From Trichosphaerium sp. ATCC 40318 (taxonomy: Eukaryota; Protista; Tubulinea), in contig JALMLS010000285.1 of NCBI GenBank assembly GCA_038496445.1, forward strand, positions 62,001 through 126,000: a stretch of DNA of 64,000 nucleotides, given 5' to 3'. Position numbers and translations under genes: made by a program. Below, piece after piece: positions 11,827 to 27,094 of the stretch. Position 1 is the first letter of the stretch. Every line of letters starts with the position of its first letter. Under the pieces are notes generated by a model. It had not been told where the DNA came from. It did not search any database and saw only the letters and a list, made by a program, of their open reading frames with translations.

Positions 11827-14149
11827 ATGCTTATTTGCTGTATTGGGAGCGCAATAAGGTTATTTAATTCGCAATGGCTGTTAGATACATCCAACCAAGC
11901 ATTTTGAGCCGTAGAACCATACGTAATGATAAAATACAACGGTTACATCTGGCAATTAGCGGCGTCATTCAAAATCGGCTAAAGTACGTGAAAAACGCGT
12001 CATTGACCCTTTAATACCCTAATAAGCGATTTAGGGAACCGTTGACTGAGACCCTCTCCCACGCATCTATACCCTATGTTGTTAGCACAGGGAGTGTACT
12101 TATGACGTTGGACGCTCTAACACAGTACTTTGAGGTCACAGGTACGAAAAACGAGTTAAACAATAATCCTCACGTGCAAAAACAAAAGGTGAACGTTTGA
12201 GTATTCCCCATTTGGCTGGATGGTACAACATAGCTCGTGATGACAGGTACAATATAAATACACATGATGTGATACGTTAATGGACATAATAGTACTGCTC
12301 AAATTCTTGAAGAGTCTTTGAAAAAGTCTTTTCCATCAAGCGACTGGGTGCCATGGAGATTACAGTAAGCAATTTCAGGGAAAATGTAATCTCATTACTG
12401 TACAAAGGGTGCATAATGCAAGAGGCCACTGGGATGGTTTGAAGCACAGAAAGGCACTATTCGATAGTATTGGACAGCAGCTTGACATTAAGCTTATGGC
12501 TTCTTGGTACGATGTTACATTAAGTCAGGTTTGTGAATACGGAGGTGCAGCTGTAATGAACATGTACGCTTCCTCCATAAACTTAAACATAAGTGTAACA
12601 TATAAAGATATAATGGATCACTTGCAAAGGCATTAATAAGACTATATCCTTCTGTAAAATGGGACATATGGCGTTTCAAGTACGTGTTATTTTTAGTACA
12701 AATGTACCATTCCATTAAACGTTTAGGCAAGTACCACGTGGGTATTGGGATTCTGTTCAAAATCAAAGAGATGCAATGGATGTTATTGGCCGCGAACTAG
12801 GAGTTAAAGATATGGCTGGGTGGTATAATATTAGGTACAATGATGTCACCAAAATATCAGGAGGCATTAGTCACAAGTAAGACAATACAATAAAAAGACC
12901 CAACCTTACCTTGTTTGCTTGTAGGTATGCACATTCTATTTCAAAACTACTACGAGACGTTTATCCTAAGTACAAATGGCGACAATCCAAGTTCATGTAA
13001 GCCTCTCTATTAATAAGCCAACTGGGTATTAAATAATACTATGTAGGCAGACACCTATGAGTAAATTGACGTTCATGCCGAAGATATCTACAAAGAATTA
13101 TAAGCACAAACAACCAGAGATTTCAGAGTATGGTACCGTATCACCTCCGGAATACTAATCTAATTGTCATCTTAAAACAAAAGGTATGATGAAAACTTTT
13201 TCGCTGCTCCTGCATCTGAATATAGAAGACTTAGACGAAAGAAACTTGGACCACTTAATTTAGTACAAGGTTCAAAACGTTATAAAAGAATTGTTGCTAA
13301 AGTACAAGAAATGACAAAGTCCTTGAATATTGTAAACCCGGAGTCTTGGTACCTCTTTTACCCACATGGTGTGAAGTATTCTCGGCCTCTAACACATAAT
13401 CTAGGTATCGTATGTCTCCGGATATAATCAAGAAAGCTGGGGGTGCAGGAATACTTCGGTATTGGCCACAAGCACTTCAATACTCAGAACCTCATTTTGC
13501 TTGGAACTGGAGGAAATTTTCTTATTCGATAAAAAAGGCAAAACAGAGGTACACTATGCTCACTACATATATTGTTATCTTAGGGTTTTATTTAGTTGGC
13601 TTCTTGAGTGTATGCGTGTAATATTCCCAGATATTGCTGTGGAGGAAGAACGAAGCATAGGATTCAGAGAAAATGGCACTCCGCTGACAATTGACGTTTT
13701 TGTTCCAAAGTATAACATTGCCATTGAATATCAAGGTACCTCTGAATGTATTTTACACTACTAACTGTATCACAGGAGAACAACACTACCAGGACGTCTT
13801 ACCTTATCACCATGCATCAGCACAAAAGCGGCGAGATTATGAAAAGTTCCAACAATGTGAGGCAAATGGTATTCATTTGGTGCCTTTACCTTACTGGTGG
13901 GATTTACGTGTTGGATCCCTTCGTGCAACTATCAAACATTTTATACCACACGTGCCTCTGAAATCGTCATCAAGGATACATAAACCAGTATTGGATGTAG
14001 ATCAATATAAGGCACTTGACGTTGATAATCTCAAGTGTAAGGTTTTACAACAACCTGGAGAAGTCATTACTTTTGGATTATTTGATGAACACAGACTTCG
14101 AAATGATCAATATAACGCTTCAAATAGTAGGAGACGCTCACCACAATAA
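11827..14149 (+). CDS. Trp-rich tandem-repeat protein (4 repeats, first degenerate) with C-terminal PD-(D/E)XK nuclease (paralog B)
   Basis: Hand-spliced repeats such as ARGHW..HRKALFDSIGQQLDIKLMASWY..GGAAVMNIYNGSLAKALIRLYP..WDIWRF; C-terminus IDVFVPKYNIAIEYQGEQHY..RDYEKFQQCEANGIHLVPLPYWWD. Start uncertain (11827 or 11874). Confidence 0.85.
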
Positions 14150-14283
14150 CACAAAGATCCCGTATAGCAAAACTAGGAGTATTAACCTACGTTGAAGTCA
14201 CTTTCTCATCTTGTACTGATTAAACTGTAAATAAGCATCTATACGCCTAAAGAAAAAGGTTTAAAACATAAGCGCACCATTTC

Positions 14284-14784
14284 TTAACTTTCCTGTCGGA
14301 GTTTGCTATCTTGATCATTGATATTAACAGTGCAATGCATTACTGACGCCTCGATTGACGTGTCAACACCAAAAGAAATCAATAACAAGTACTATTGTAC
14401 ATTTTAGGAAAATACGCGAAAAAAACCGTTCTTTTTTGTTTTTCCGACACTATACTAAAAAAATGTTCGTTTACTAGTGTTACAATGTACATGAGGGTTA
14501 TTTCTAATCTAAACAGAGAAGGATAGTTTTCTAGAAACCCTAATCTTCTCAAAAACAAGTGGTGTGGGCAAACAAAGCGGCCCCATAGGTTTTAGGGCTG
14601 CTATGGGTATATCTGCTTGCTCTGAAAGCGGTTTTGTCTTCATCCAATTTGACGGCCTGTAGTTACGTGGTGATAGAGGTTTCTTCATTAGGTTTTGTAG
14701 AGCCAGCTTTGTTCCTGATTTCAATCCATCACAGCTTTCAGAACGCTGAATTACATTTAAATTCGGCCATTCAGCATTAGACAT
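14284..14784 (-). CDS. Hypothetical protein
   Basis: 91-aa ORF with ATG, plus a plausible downstream exon ending near 14284; no recognisable domain. Confidence 0.3.
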
Positions 14785-15188
14785 TGTATAGACGTGCTTC
14801 GTAATGTTTGTAGACTTGGCGTGCGTAAAAACTGTCAGTTTTCCAAATGCTTTTTATGGAAGTTGTGCGTTTACATCCTCTATAGCTATTCGAGAAAGCA
14901 AGTGTGATACATTAAATTATGTACACTATCAGTTAACAAAAGTACTAAAATGATTGGAACACAACCTATCTGACGTGAGGTTTAACAACAAAACGTTAAA
15001 CTTGGCTAGCAAACGCGAGATTTTAACAACTACAAAAAAAAAGATTCTTCTTCTATTATATTAATCCCACTACAACAATGATTTACATCATTTTAATACC
15101 CCCAACGCTATTTACAGTCATCTCAGACAAAGTACCGTTTTGGGATTTCGTCATCCAAAAAAAAAGTGTAACATAACCGTGTTATCGG

Positions 15189-16813
15189 TTAAAGGCCTAA
15201 CTTGCCATGTTTCTTTTGCCAATAAGTGATTACGCGCTTTAACGCCAAAATAAATTTTCTTTGGCCTTCATCATTAAGAACATGCGCAATATTATACGCA
15301 AAGATCTTTTCACGAGCAGAACGCTACAAAAAGTTGTGTTAACAGAAATAAAAAATGAACAATGCACTCCAAATGCAAAAAGCAGAAGGGGCACTGCAAC
15401 AGAAAAAAATGGGATGACGCGTACCTCATGAATACCCACCATGGTCACACCCATTGGCCATGGCGCATTACCAACAGATAAGCGGTAGTAGTGATCGTTT
15501 GCTTTAACTAGAAATAAAATGGTAAGCAAGCGAAAAGAACAACATTTTTTGATGAAAGGTTTACAAACAAACAGTAAAACTAGTGGCAAAAACTTATTTC
15601 AAGCAACAGATCTCCTTAGGCACACTTACAAGTACCACTAAACGCTTGAAAAATAAAATACAATCACAAAAATCCGTTAAACTCTGTACGGGTGCCAAGT
15701 GTCACATTTTGTAGTGAAACTTAAAAAAGGATGTAATGAAGGGACGTACCGAATTGTTGGTTCATCATTGCTTCTATTATTTTGTATACTGGTGTTTTTA
15801 TTTCTTTATGTAGTTGTCCTGTCCACATTAACCCCAAAAGAGGTCGTATATCTTTTTTTGTATTTATCAAAAGTGCAATTTGTTCACGACCAGTTTGTGT
15901 CTTCCTCTTTGGTTTAGGAATTGCGCGAATGTCATCAGTCCAAGATTTAAGTACTTTACGTAAAAAGAATAGTATTTTTTCATCATGATTTTCAGGTTCG
16001 CGATCTTCTACTATGAATATAATGTCTTGCTCAGAGATGTCTTTTTTCTATTTTTTTTGGTTAAAAAAAGACGGTAAAAGAATTTTAAGACATTTGTCTT
16101 TATGACACCTCAACGTACTTTTGGTACATCCTCATCTCTTTCTTGTTCTTCTTTTAATTTTTTCATTGTCTCTTGATGAGTATTCAATGATATATCAGCC
16201 CAACTGTCAAATGTCATTAAAAATCTTTTGTTTCATCAAATAGTTACTCCGTACGCGTCCTTAATGTATTCCATAGGCTCTTTCTGTTCTACTTCGTGCA
16301 ATCTCTGTGCTCTTGCGTCATCATCTTCACCAAACATTGTGATAGGAAGGCCTGAAAGGAATTTAAGAAATTATCAATGAAACGGCATTGCTGATTTTTT
16401 TAGATGAGTTTAAAGCATACCACGCGATAGTAGACGCCTTATAATCTCTTCTCGAGGTATTTGCTTGAAATCATCGTCTGTCTTTTTTGTCTTTTGCTGT
16501 TTAATTTTTTCTTTTCGCGCAATCTTCTCCTTTAGCTCCTTGAGTTTAGCTTCTTCCTTCTAAACAAAATCTGTGGTTAGAAAAAATAAAATTAACTTGG
16601 AGAAGGTCTACAATATGAGCATTCATGTACTGTAACATAATATCGTACCTCCTTGCGTTTCTTGTTTAACTTTTCTTGTTCAGCGCGGTATTTCTCTTCC
16701 TTTGCACGGTTTAACTCCCCACGCTTGACGAACCTCTTCTTCTTTTTAGCTGGTCCACCTGCCTGGGCAAGTTTACGCTTTTTTGCCTCAATTGCAGCTT
16801 GAACTAAGTCCAT
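15189..16813 (-). CDS. PRP18: Pre-mRNA splicing factor 18
   Basis: N-terminal PRP4-like motif ([23 protein letters not shown]) and Prp18 core [46 protein letters not shown]. Confidence 0.95.
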
Positions 16814-16956
16814 GACTGTGACGCGTAATAACGGCTTCGTATTTGATCACTAAGACAACAAAATGTATGTTGTGTGAGATTTACACGTAATTTACTGTTG
16901 ATTACTGCTGAGCATCGAAAATTGAACGGACAAATACACTTTATCACCACGCACGC

Positions 16957-19288
16957 ATGGAGCGGTTACCCAACGCGGTTCTAATGCATTTATGCTCATT
17001 TTTGGGGCCTAATCAGCTAGGCTTATTAGAATGCGTATCTAAGCGCATGAGAGACGCTCTACAAGTACATAATTGTTCAATAATTCTGTTATTTATTACC
17101 AATCTATGTAGGTAGATTCTACGTCGCTGGAAAGTGTATGTTGGAGGCGACTTGTCAGTGTCGAGGCTAAGGATGCCAACAGCAAGAGATTTTTAGATGC
17201 TCGCATTTTCGCGTTTTCAGAGTCCGATAAAATGCTTAATTGGAAAGAAACGTACCTGTACGACCAACCATTGCGTATTCCGACAACCTCACAAAACGAA
17301 GACATTTGACAGTTTACGCATTGCCATCAACAATAAAGAAGTTGCAAACAACCCCTAAAGACGTACAGAAGCTTCATTTCCTCTCAAAAATTGGTCAAAG
17401 ATGTGCTCACAACCCAAGTGTACGAGCAGTAGCAGCTGATGGGGTATTGAGCTTCCTTAAAGAACAACAGGTAAGTGTTAACAGCAATTTAAAATTCAAC
17501 AAAACCACCTCGTCACACCCTAAACTACCTTAGAATTATGAAGTACGTGCTTCTGCTGTAACACTATTGGGTGATATCATTATGGTATCTATACCAGGTA
17601 ATTAAATATACTTGAAAGGCGTCAACAGACTGTTAAACTTTAGGAACAACAAAAATTATACTGAGCCTTAAAATTCTAAATGCGTTGCTCGATATCGCTC
17701 TAACAGATGAAACCCCGGCTATACGGAAAAAGGTAATCCCAAAATGACCCATTTTTTTATTTGTGTACACAGTCACGTGATACTTTTTTTTTTTAGATAA
17801 CGAGGTGCTTCGGAAAACAATACTGGAGTTTATCAGCTCAAAATGCTCCAGTATCAACAAAAATTTTATTAAACGCTTTAAAAAAAATTGCAAAATACGA
17901 TGACGATAGAATTGTGAGACGTAGTGAGTACCTAGTTGATTAAATGATCCATAAATTTATACTTTTTTTTTAATACTCAACCAAATTTCTTGTTATTCAC
18001 ACGTCTTAGCGGCTCGTAAATACTTGCCAGGAATAGTTGCAGAGCGTGTGTTACGTTACAGGTATATGAAGAAATCTCAAGTATCACCTATGCAACGTGT
18101 GATTGTAGGTGCAGTACGTCAAGCTTTTTTAACTCGAAAAACGAATTAAACCTAATATTGTTTTCTAGATATTTGGCATATTCGTTGGGGCTACACTCAG
18201 TATATGTTTCAACTTTAGGAAGAACTCTATAATAACGCTGTTAGTAACAGTTTTATCAGCATTTTGGATGAACACTCTGTATTCTAAAGTAAGTCCCTTT
18301 AAGTCCTTTCAACATTAAAAAAAAAGTCGCCATGTTGGTTTCTTCTATCGTATTGACATGTATTTCAGGGACCAATTACGTTTTTAAGCAATACAATGTT
18401 ACCTTCAATCACGGGAGCTGTTGTTTCTATAATGTCAGTTAGAAGTGTGGACGCAACTGTGAACTATGTTTATATCAAGTCTTCAACACTTCTACAAGAA
18501 TTACCTCCAGATTTTTCAATTTATGCACCACCTTTGGCTCTTGCAACCCTAACATTGTTTGTACTATCATACGCTGTTGAGTTAAGCATGTTTCATGCTT
18601 CCATTCTATCAATCTTAATGGCTGGACTTGGTATGCTTCCATTTATTGATAGCTTATATATTACTTCTTTATTGGTATCTTTGATGATTGGTTGGATTGT
18701 TGCACTCATTTTTACACGGTATGCATACGCTATGAATATACAGGATGAAATGAGAGGGTTTTTTGATATGATGACAAAGCAGCCTACAGATATAGGGTAC
18801 GATCTTTGGGTTTTTTTTGTAAAAGTTTGTTTACATTGTCTGATTGTTTTCAGGAGTTATCTTCACACAGCGAGGCTTATGATGCCGTATGTTGTTAAGT
18901 TTGGTATTTTGTTACAATTCTGTCTACTTTGCGTTACTATGAACTTGAAGTATCACGCTGTGCTTGGTGTCTTTTTAGGTACATAACAATTTTCTTTTCA
19001 ATTTTTTCCTACCTAAAACTTCAACATCTTGGTTTTCCTAAGTGTATGCAGATGGGTTTTTTGGTGTTTCCTTGCTTCTTGTTAACTTTCAAATTAGGTC
19101 AATTGTTTTATCTTGCTTCAACGCAATGGGCTTCACTACAACGTGTTGTATCAACAGGTGGCATTGATACATATGTTTTATACTCTATGGCTCTGTGTGT
19201 CATTACAAGCTTCTTTACAGTGATTGCAACGAACACTTACTTGAGAATATCACAATCATCTATTGTGACTGCAATATTTAGCCGCTGA
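16957..19288 (+). CDS. F-box + HEAT-like repeats + multi-pass transmembrane protein
   Basis: N-terminal F-box MERLPNAVLMHLCSFLGPNQLGLLECVSKRM..CWRRL; HEAT-like VRASAVTLLGDI and DDDRIVRR; hydrophobic C-terminal half (ORFs 18396-19288). Confidence 0.7.
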
Positions 19289-19535
19289 AGACTTCAGTTT
19301 TTTCAAAACTGCATCATTGTAAACTTGTAACTTTTGTAGAATGAAGGTTAATTAACCTCTATGTAATAATCCCTTCCAGTGCTATTCTTTCACATTGATG
19401 TGAAACAATGCATAAATAAATACGGCCCTCCTGACCACTTATCGTTGATAAAATTGCTTGAAGCCAAGGCATCAATATTGTTTTTTTTATAAAGTCTAAT
19501 TTCTTTTGATTTGGTTTTAATAAAGTACAGTTAGG

Positions 19536-22500
19536 TTATACATTCTTAGGTAAGCGGTGACTACTTGATCCTTTTATTGGCTCAAGTCGCTGTGACCCTG
19601 TTCGTTGTCTTTGTGGTATAAGAAAACCTACAAGAAACGTCACAAAACAGCAGGCAAAAAACAAAGAGCTTCTTTTTTTTTTTCTATGTTACCAGTGTTA
19701 TTTCTTCGTAAAGGAACGCTGTGTTCTCGGATAGGTATTGTTTCACTACTTCTCACTCTCTTAAGTCGAGTCTTTTGCTCAGGTTTCCCCATACCTCTAA
19801 ATGTATTAGGCGCTGATTCCGCCATGTCAACAACCCTAGTAACAAAGCTAAGCAACTTGAGGCTTCAAATCAAAAAAAAAAAAAAAACAATTTCGCGGGT
19901 GAGCATAGCGACACTGACTGCAATAGTTTGATAGTATAAATTGTGCATTAACGGTTTAGTGCCATTTACATTTTTCCAAAACGAAAAGAAAAGGGATTAT
20001 CAGACAAATAACGTGTTTGTGTTCTGTATGTTTTTCTTGAAATATTCTTACCTTTTTGCTAGATAGTTGTATGAAGAATCATATGTAGACATCATTATAG
20101 GACTAGAAGTATCAGAAAATATGTCAGAGTTATTTCTTGAATGAGCACTACTTGTGCTACCATCAGAATTATCTGTAACTTGAGTATTACTTCTTGAACT
20201 CTTATGAATAATAAAGCTACTAATAAAAGCTTTCTTTGCTTGTCTTGCTTGTGAACCAATACTAGGTGTATACTTAGGTAATGATTCAAAAGTCTCAAGT
20301 CTATGTCTTCCTGCTATATGGAGCCTAGGGCTCTTTCTATTTACACCATGATGGAATTCAAAACAATTCTTTTGAGCACGCTTCTTTTTAATAGAAGCTC
20401 GATATTTTATAAGATAAACCCAGTTCTCTGCTATATGTTGTTCTCCTGCATAAACAAGAAACGTCCGTTTTGGTGTACGGACTTGTAAACAATGTCTTTT
20501 TTCAATATGATTAACAAGACGAACTCTTATGATATCTGTTAAAAATATCTCACCAGCTGCTTTCTCCTAAAGAAAAAAACAGTCAAAAAAAAAAGAGTAT
20601 CAAAAAAAGTCGTGAAATCTCTGTCTATTTAACCCCACGTAATGAAAGATTCTATTAAATGTTTTTAAGAAAAACATCACAAATTAGGTAGTGACACTAA
20701 ACCTCATACTCAATGAAGATGACTTTAAGAAGAGAACCATTTACAGTTTTTCCACAAAAAAAAAAGTTTCCTTCTTGTGTACGTACGTGTTTACCTCTAT
20801 AGTATGCTATCCTATCTCCAAAAAGAGTAAAATATCTTTGCTGCCAACTCTTTTGTTTATTCTTACCACCAAGCTTCTTTAATATGGTTGTTTTAACCCT
20901 TATATGCTTAAGATATAATCCATAATTTACGCTATTAATCTTAGATGGTTTTTTGTTACCAACATTAGTCATTTGTGTAAGTACACCTCCAGCTTCATCA
21001 GGACGCATAACACAAAATCTTTCAAACATTTGAGAAAGAACAAACAACCTCTTAAACTAATTTACAACATCAGAAGACCAAGGTAATAAGAAAAGAGAAA
21101 TAAATATTGTACCTCTTTTAATTCTTCACTTGAAGATTCAATGAACCCTTCTCGATCGTAGTCACCATCCTCAACATAAAAATCAAGATAACCATCCAAT
21201 AGTTTCATATAGAAATTAAAAACACCATATTGAATGGTATCACAAAGCTCAGGAGTATTAAGATCTTCCATTCTACTCCCTTAAAAAAAAAGTGTCATAA
21301 AGTGTTTCAGGTACACTTTGATTTAAACGTACGTGTTGGTGATTTGTTTGATTGAACAATATATACAGCGTTACCAATATGAGCTAGAAGGATATTAACA
21401 TCAAATACAAATAAAAATAACCATCAAATTCAGTTAAGAAGAAAACCAAAATCCAAAACGCAAAACAAAAAAAACCACTTACCTAACAGTTGGTCAATCA
21501 TTAAATTTGGTAGTAACTTAAAATCTCCATCAGATGGTTCATAGCAACACTATATAAATAATTAATAATAAAAATACTCACATAAGAAGCCTGTGTTAGG
21601 TCCAAGACGTACATTGTCAATATCAACAATTATACACTCCTCCATTGCGCCCTTCATGTCTTCAATTTCTTGCATGAAACTAGATAACACGCCAATCACA
21701 AAAGGGACAGGTGCGCATACAAATGTAATCATTGAAGGCGGTAGCACTGGTATAAAAATGTGCTGCCACTCAAAAGGATGGAGTATAGCTACAATAGCTT
21801 GAACGCAACTAGAGAGTACTGATATATTACTAGAAACAAAAAGAACTCGTCTCTCGCATAAAAGTGCAGCGAGTAATGCCGTGATAGTCCACGCATCCAG
21901 ATGGGTATACAAAGCTTCAACATTCACCTATGGCCTTTTAGAAACCTAGTAGTAGACGTCAAAGCGCGTACGTATTCGAGAATTGATGTTCCCTTCTTTC
22001 GAGTAAATACGAACTGTTGATCTTCGAAATGGATTGAAATGAACTTGCCAGGGTCTGGAAGTGCTGCACGGTATAACAGATTTAAAAACTTATGAATAGT
22101 CTCTTTAGTTTTAAGAGATGCTATAGCATCCAGAATATCGCAATATATGGTGTAGCAGGGACTTGCCGTTAAGGAACGAAATATTGTAATCAAAAATGTC
22201 ATTTCTTGTACTTGCGACTCAATTGAGCGCTAAAAGGATACTCTGAACTAAATATACAATAACCAACAGGCCAACGTTTAACTGCAGAACTTGACATTTT
22301 TTGTAGATTCCATGAGCCTAGTTAATGACTAAGAGCGTGTACCACCTACAATGAGCGTTCGAGAATTACGTGCCTTCCAATTCTCTGTGACAATAGCCAA
22401 AATACTTTATACCATCGGAATCTGTCAGTACAAAGCTGTAGCGCTTATCTTTGCTGTTAAATGTTAGTTGTAAGCCAAAAACACTCGTAATTACCTGGGC

Positions 22501-22799
22501 ATCAACATCTTCGGGAATTTATCTTTATCTATTCGTAGCGTACGTTATTGATAAGCCGAAACAATTATAACGCACCAGGGAAACAAAATGCTGGTATTCC
22601 AGCTAGAAAGCTTTTGTCGGCTTTTGATGACGCTACAGGGTAACTCCAATCAAGTGTAGGCACATTACAACCATCTGTAACAGTCCGTTTAATTAAATGC
22701 GCACAAAAGGGTATTCATACCCTTTTGTTGTAGTCTGACAACAGCCAGGTACTTAAATAACCTTCTTCCTTCTGACGGGCATGCTTCAGATGCTAGCAT
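19536..22799 (-). CDS. DENN-domain Rab GEF with PH domain
   Basis: uDENN (IPAFCFP, YSFVLTDSDG..FGYC), cDENN ALLCERRVLFVSSNISVLSSCVQAIVAILHPFEWQHIFIPVLP..APVPFVIGV, dDENN SQMFERF, PH LKKLGGKNKQKSWQQRYFTL. Confidence 0.9.
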
Positions 22800-23226
22800 T
22801 ATCTCTTCACCTCCGCTTTAGCTGTACCAAACAGTGCGAACGCCGTTAGCTTTATTCGCCCTTTTTGTGTGGCTCTTATCAAGTTCGTAACTATCGTAGA
22901 ACGAATTCTACATCTACCTCCTCGGTTGGAGGGGCAAGAAAATACAACAGAACACTAATTCCGGTTCAAGAAAGTTCACACTTAATCTGGTACTTAGTAA
23001 ATCACTTATATTTTAAAAAACAAATGTAGTCAGCTAGCCACTCTGCAAGCTTCACAAGACACAAAGACTACAAAGGAGGGAAAAAAACCACAAAAAGACT
23101 AGTACATTTCTTCAACAAACGATTTTAAAGTGTTTATTGATACACCACCAGTCGAAACAAAAAGTTTGCCAAGTATATATATCTAGTGGAAGGCAGGGGA
23201 CAGTGTTGTAAATATAATTTTTTCGC

Positions 23227-25530
<2,304 letters not shown>

Positions 25531-25623
25531 TGTTCACCTTCTTCAAGTCTGCCTTAATACAAAAAAGTTGGAAAGTTTAAGGCGAGAGGAAAACAACGAC
25601 ACCGTGATACAAAAGGACAAAGT

Positions 25624-26985
25624 TTACATAGTTTTTCTACGCTTTACAGTACGTTCAAGGTCGCCAATACGCTCTTCAAGCAGTTTGCCATGAAGGCTGA
25701 AAAATTGGAACATCTTTTCAGCGAGGTCTCCGTGAAGCTCTACCTGTCTGTCTAGCATAGAGTGAACCTCGCAAGATGATGAGGGTAACTTAAACTGGTA
25801 GTCGCGTTTAGTGTCGTTCTGTCCGCGTATAATTCGGTCCTTTTCTGTAGTGTCTACAACAGAGTTGAACCAATCCTTGTTGAATCCAATACTGGCTCTT
25901 GGAGGGCGCCCTCTTGGCCTAGGAACTGAAAGGTTTCGAGGAGATTTCTTTCCGTTACGCAATTTCTTTTTAGGCGGTGGGCTAGCTGTAGGGTTTACAC
26001 CATTCTTTTTACGCTTTCTCCTTATCGGAGTGTAAGATTTATCAATATGAAGCTGGTAACCCGAGATATCATCCTCAAATGCGTCTACATCGCGTAGAAC
26101 AAAGGTTTCCAGATCTACGTGCTTCTTGTAAATGAATCTCTGAGATTTCTTCGTTGAGCCTTTCAAAAACTTTTTGCAGTCCGGAACTTCTGTGAAATGC
26201 TTGACACAACATTTTCTAATTAGAGTAGAAGGATAATTCGCGTCTATGCTATTTGTAGCAAAAACTTCGTTATCATCACAGTTTTCTACATATTTCTTTG
26301 TCACTTCAAGTTCTTCGTCATCAGGCGTTTCTTGTTGTTTATTTACAATTTCTGTAAGCAACTCGCCCTTCCTAAACACAATGTGAGACACTAGCGTCGC
26401 TTTACTCAAAGATTCTCCATTTTTTTTTTGTGTAAAGTAAAACTTTAATAACGTCAAAGAAGACAAAAAGACACATCAAAAAACAAAATTAAAAATAATA
26501 AAGAAAATCAATAAAATAGCAAAGGTAAAAAAAAAAGCTCACCGCCAAAACCATTGATATTCGAACCACCTTTTCCTGCCCATCTCGTACATACCAACAA
26601 TGCGCACGATAGGGAACGGTGTAGATGGAAAATTTACTTCTAGGCAATCATAAAGTTTCAAATTCTATAACAGCAAGTTAGTAAAACCTTTTTAAATCTC
26701 GCCTGCTGTATACTCACAATCTTTTGGCGAGGTTGTCGCATCTATGAGTGATTAGAGTTGGAAGTTTTATATTATTGACTTGCCTCATAGGTGCAATTGA
26801 GGTAATACTCTCTAGACGCAATAGTTGTATACGCATCACCCCATTTTGTGTGGCCAGAGCGAGCTAAGATGTAATTTTGGTTCTATACGATGTTTAGCGC
26901 ACTTTAATGGCGAGTAAAAGGTAAAACGAACCTTTGCTGTTCCATTGCCTTTACTCCTGCATCCTTTGCGCTTTCTCGTTGCCAT
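25624..26985 (-). CDS. BAH-domain and AT-hook chromatin protein
   Basis: Spliced: YYLNCTYE..KLYDCLEV..PIVRIVGMYE..NEVFATNSIDANYPSTLIRKCCV (BAH pattern); PRPRGRPPR AT-hook; basic NLS-like runs. Confidence 0.7.
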
Positions 26986-27094
26986 AAGGCAGGTGATGCA
27001 TTAATGTGACTATGCGCTGTGGTATGTGAATGGAAGGAAAGCCGTTGAAATAAAAAATCTAAGAAATATGCTCCACTCATTACTACCATCAACA

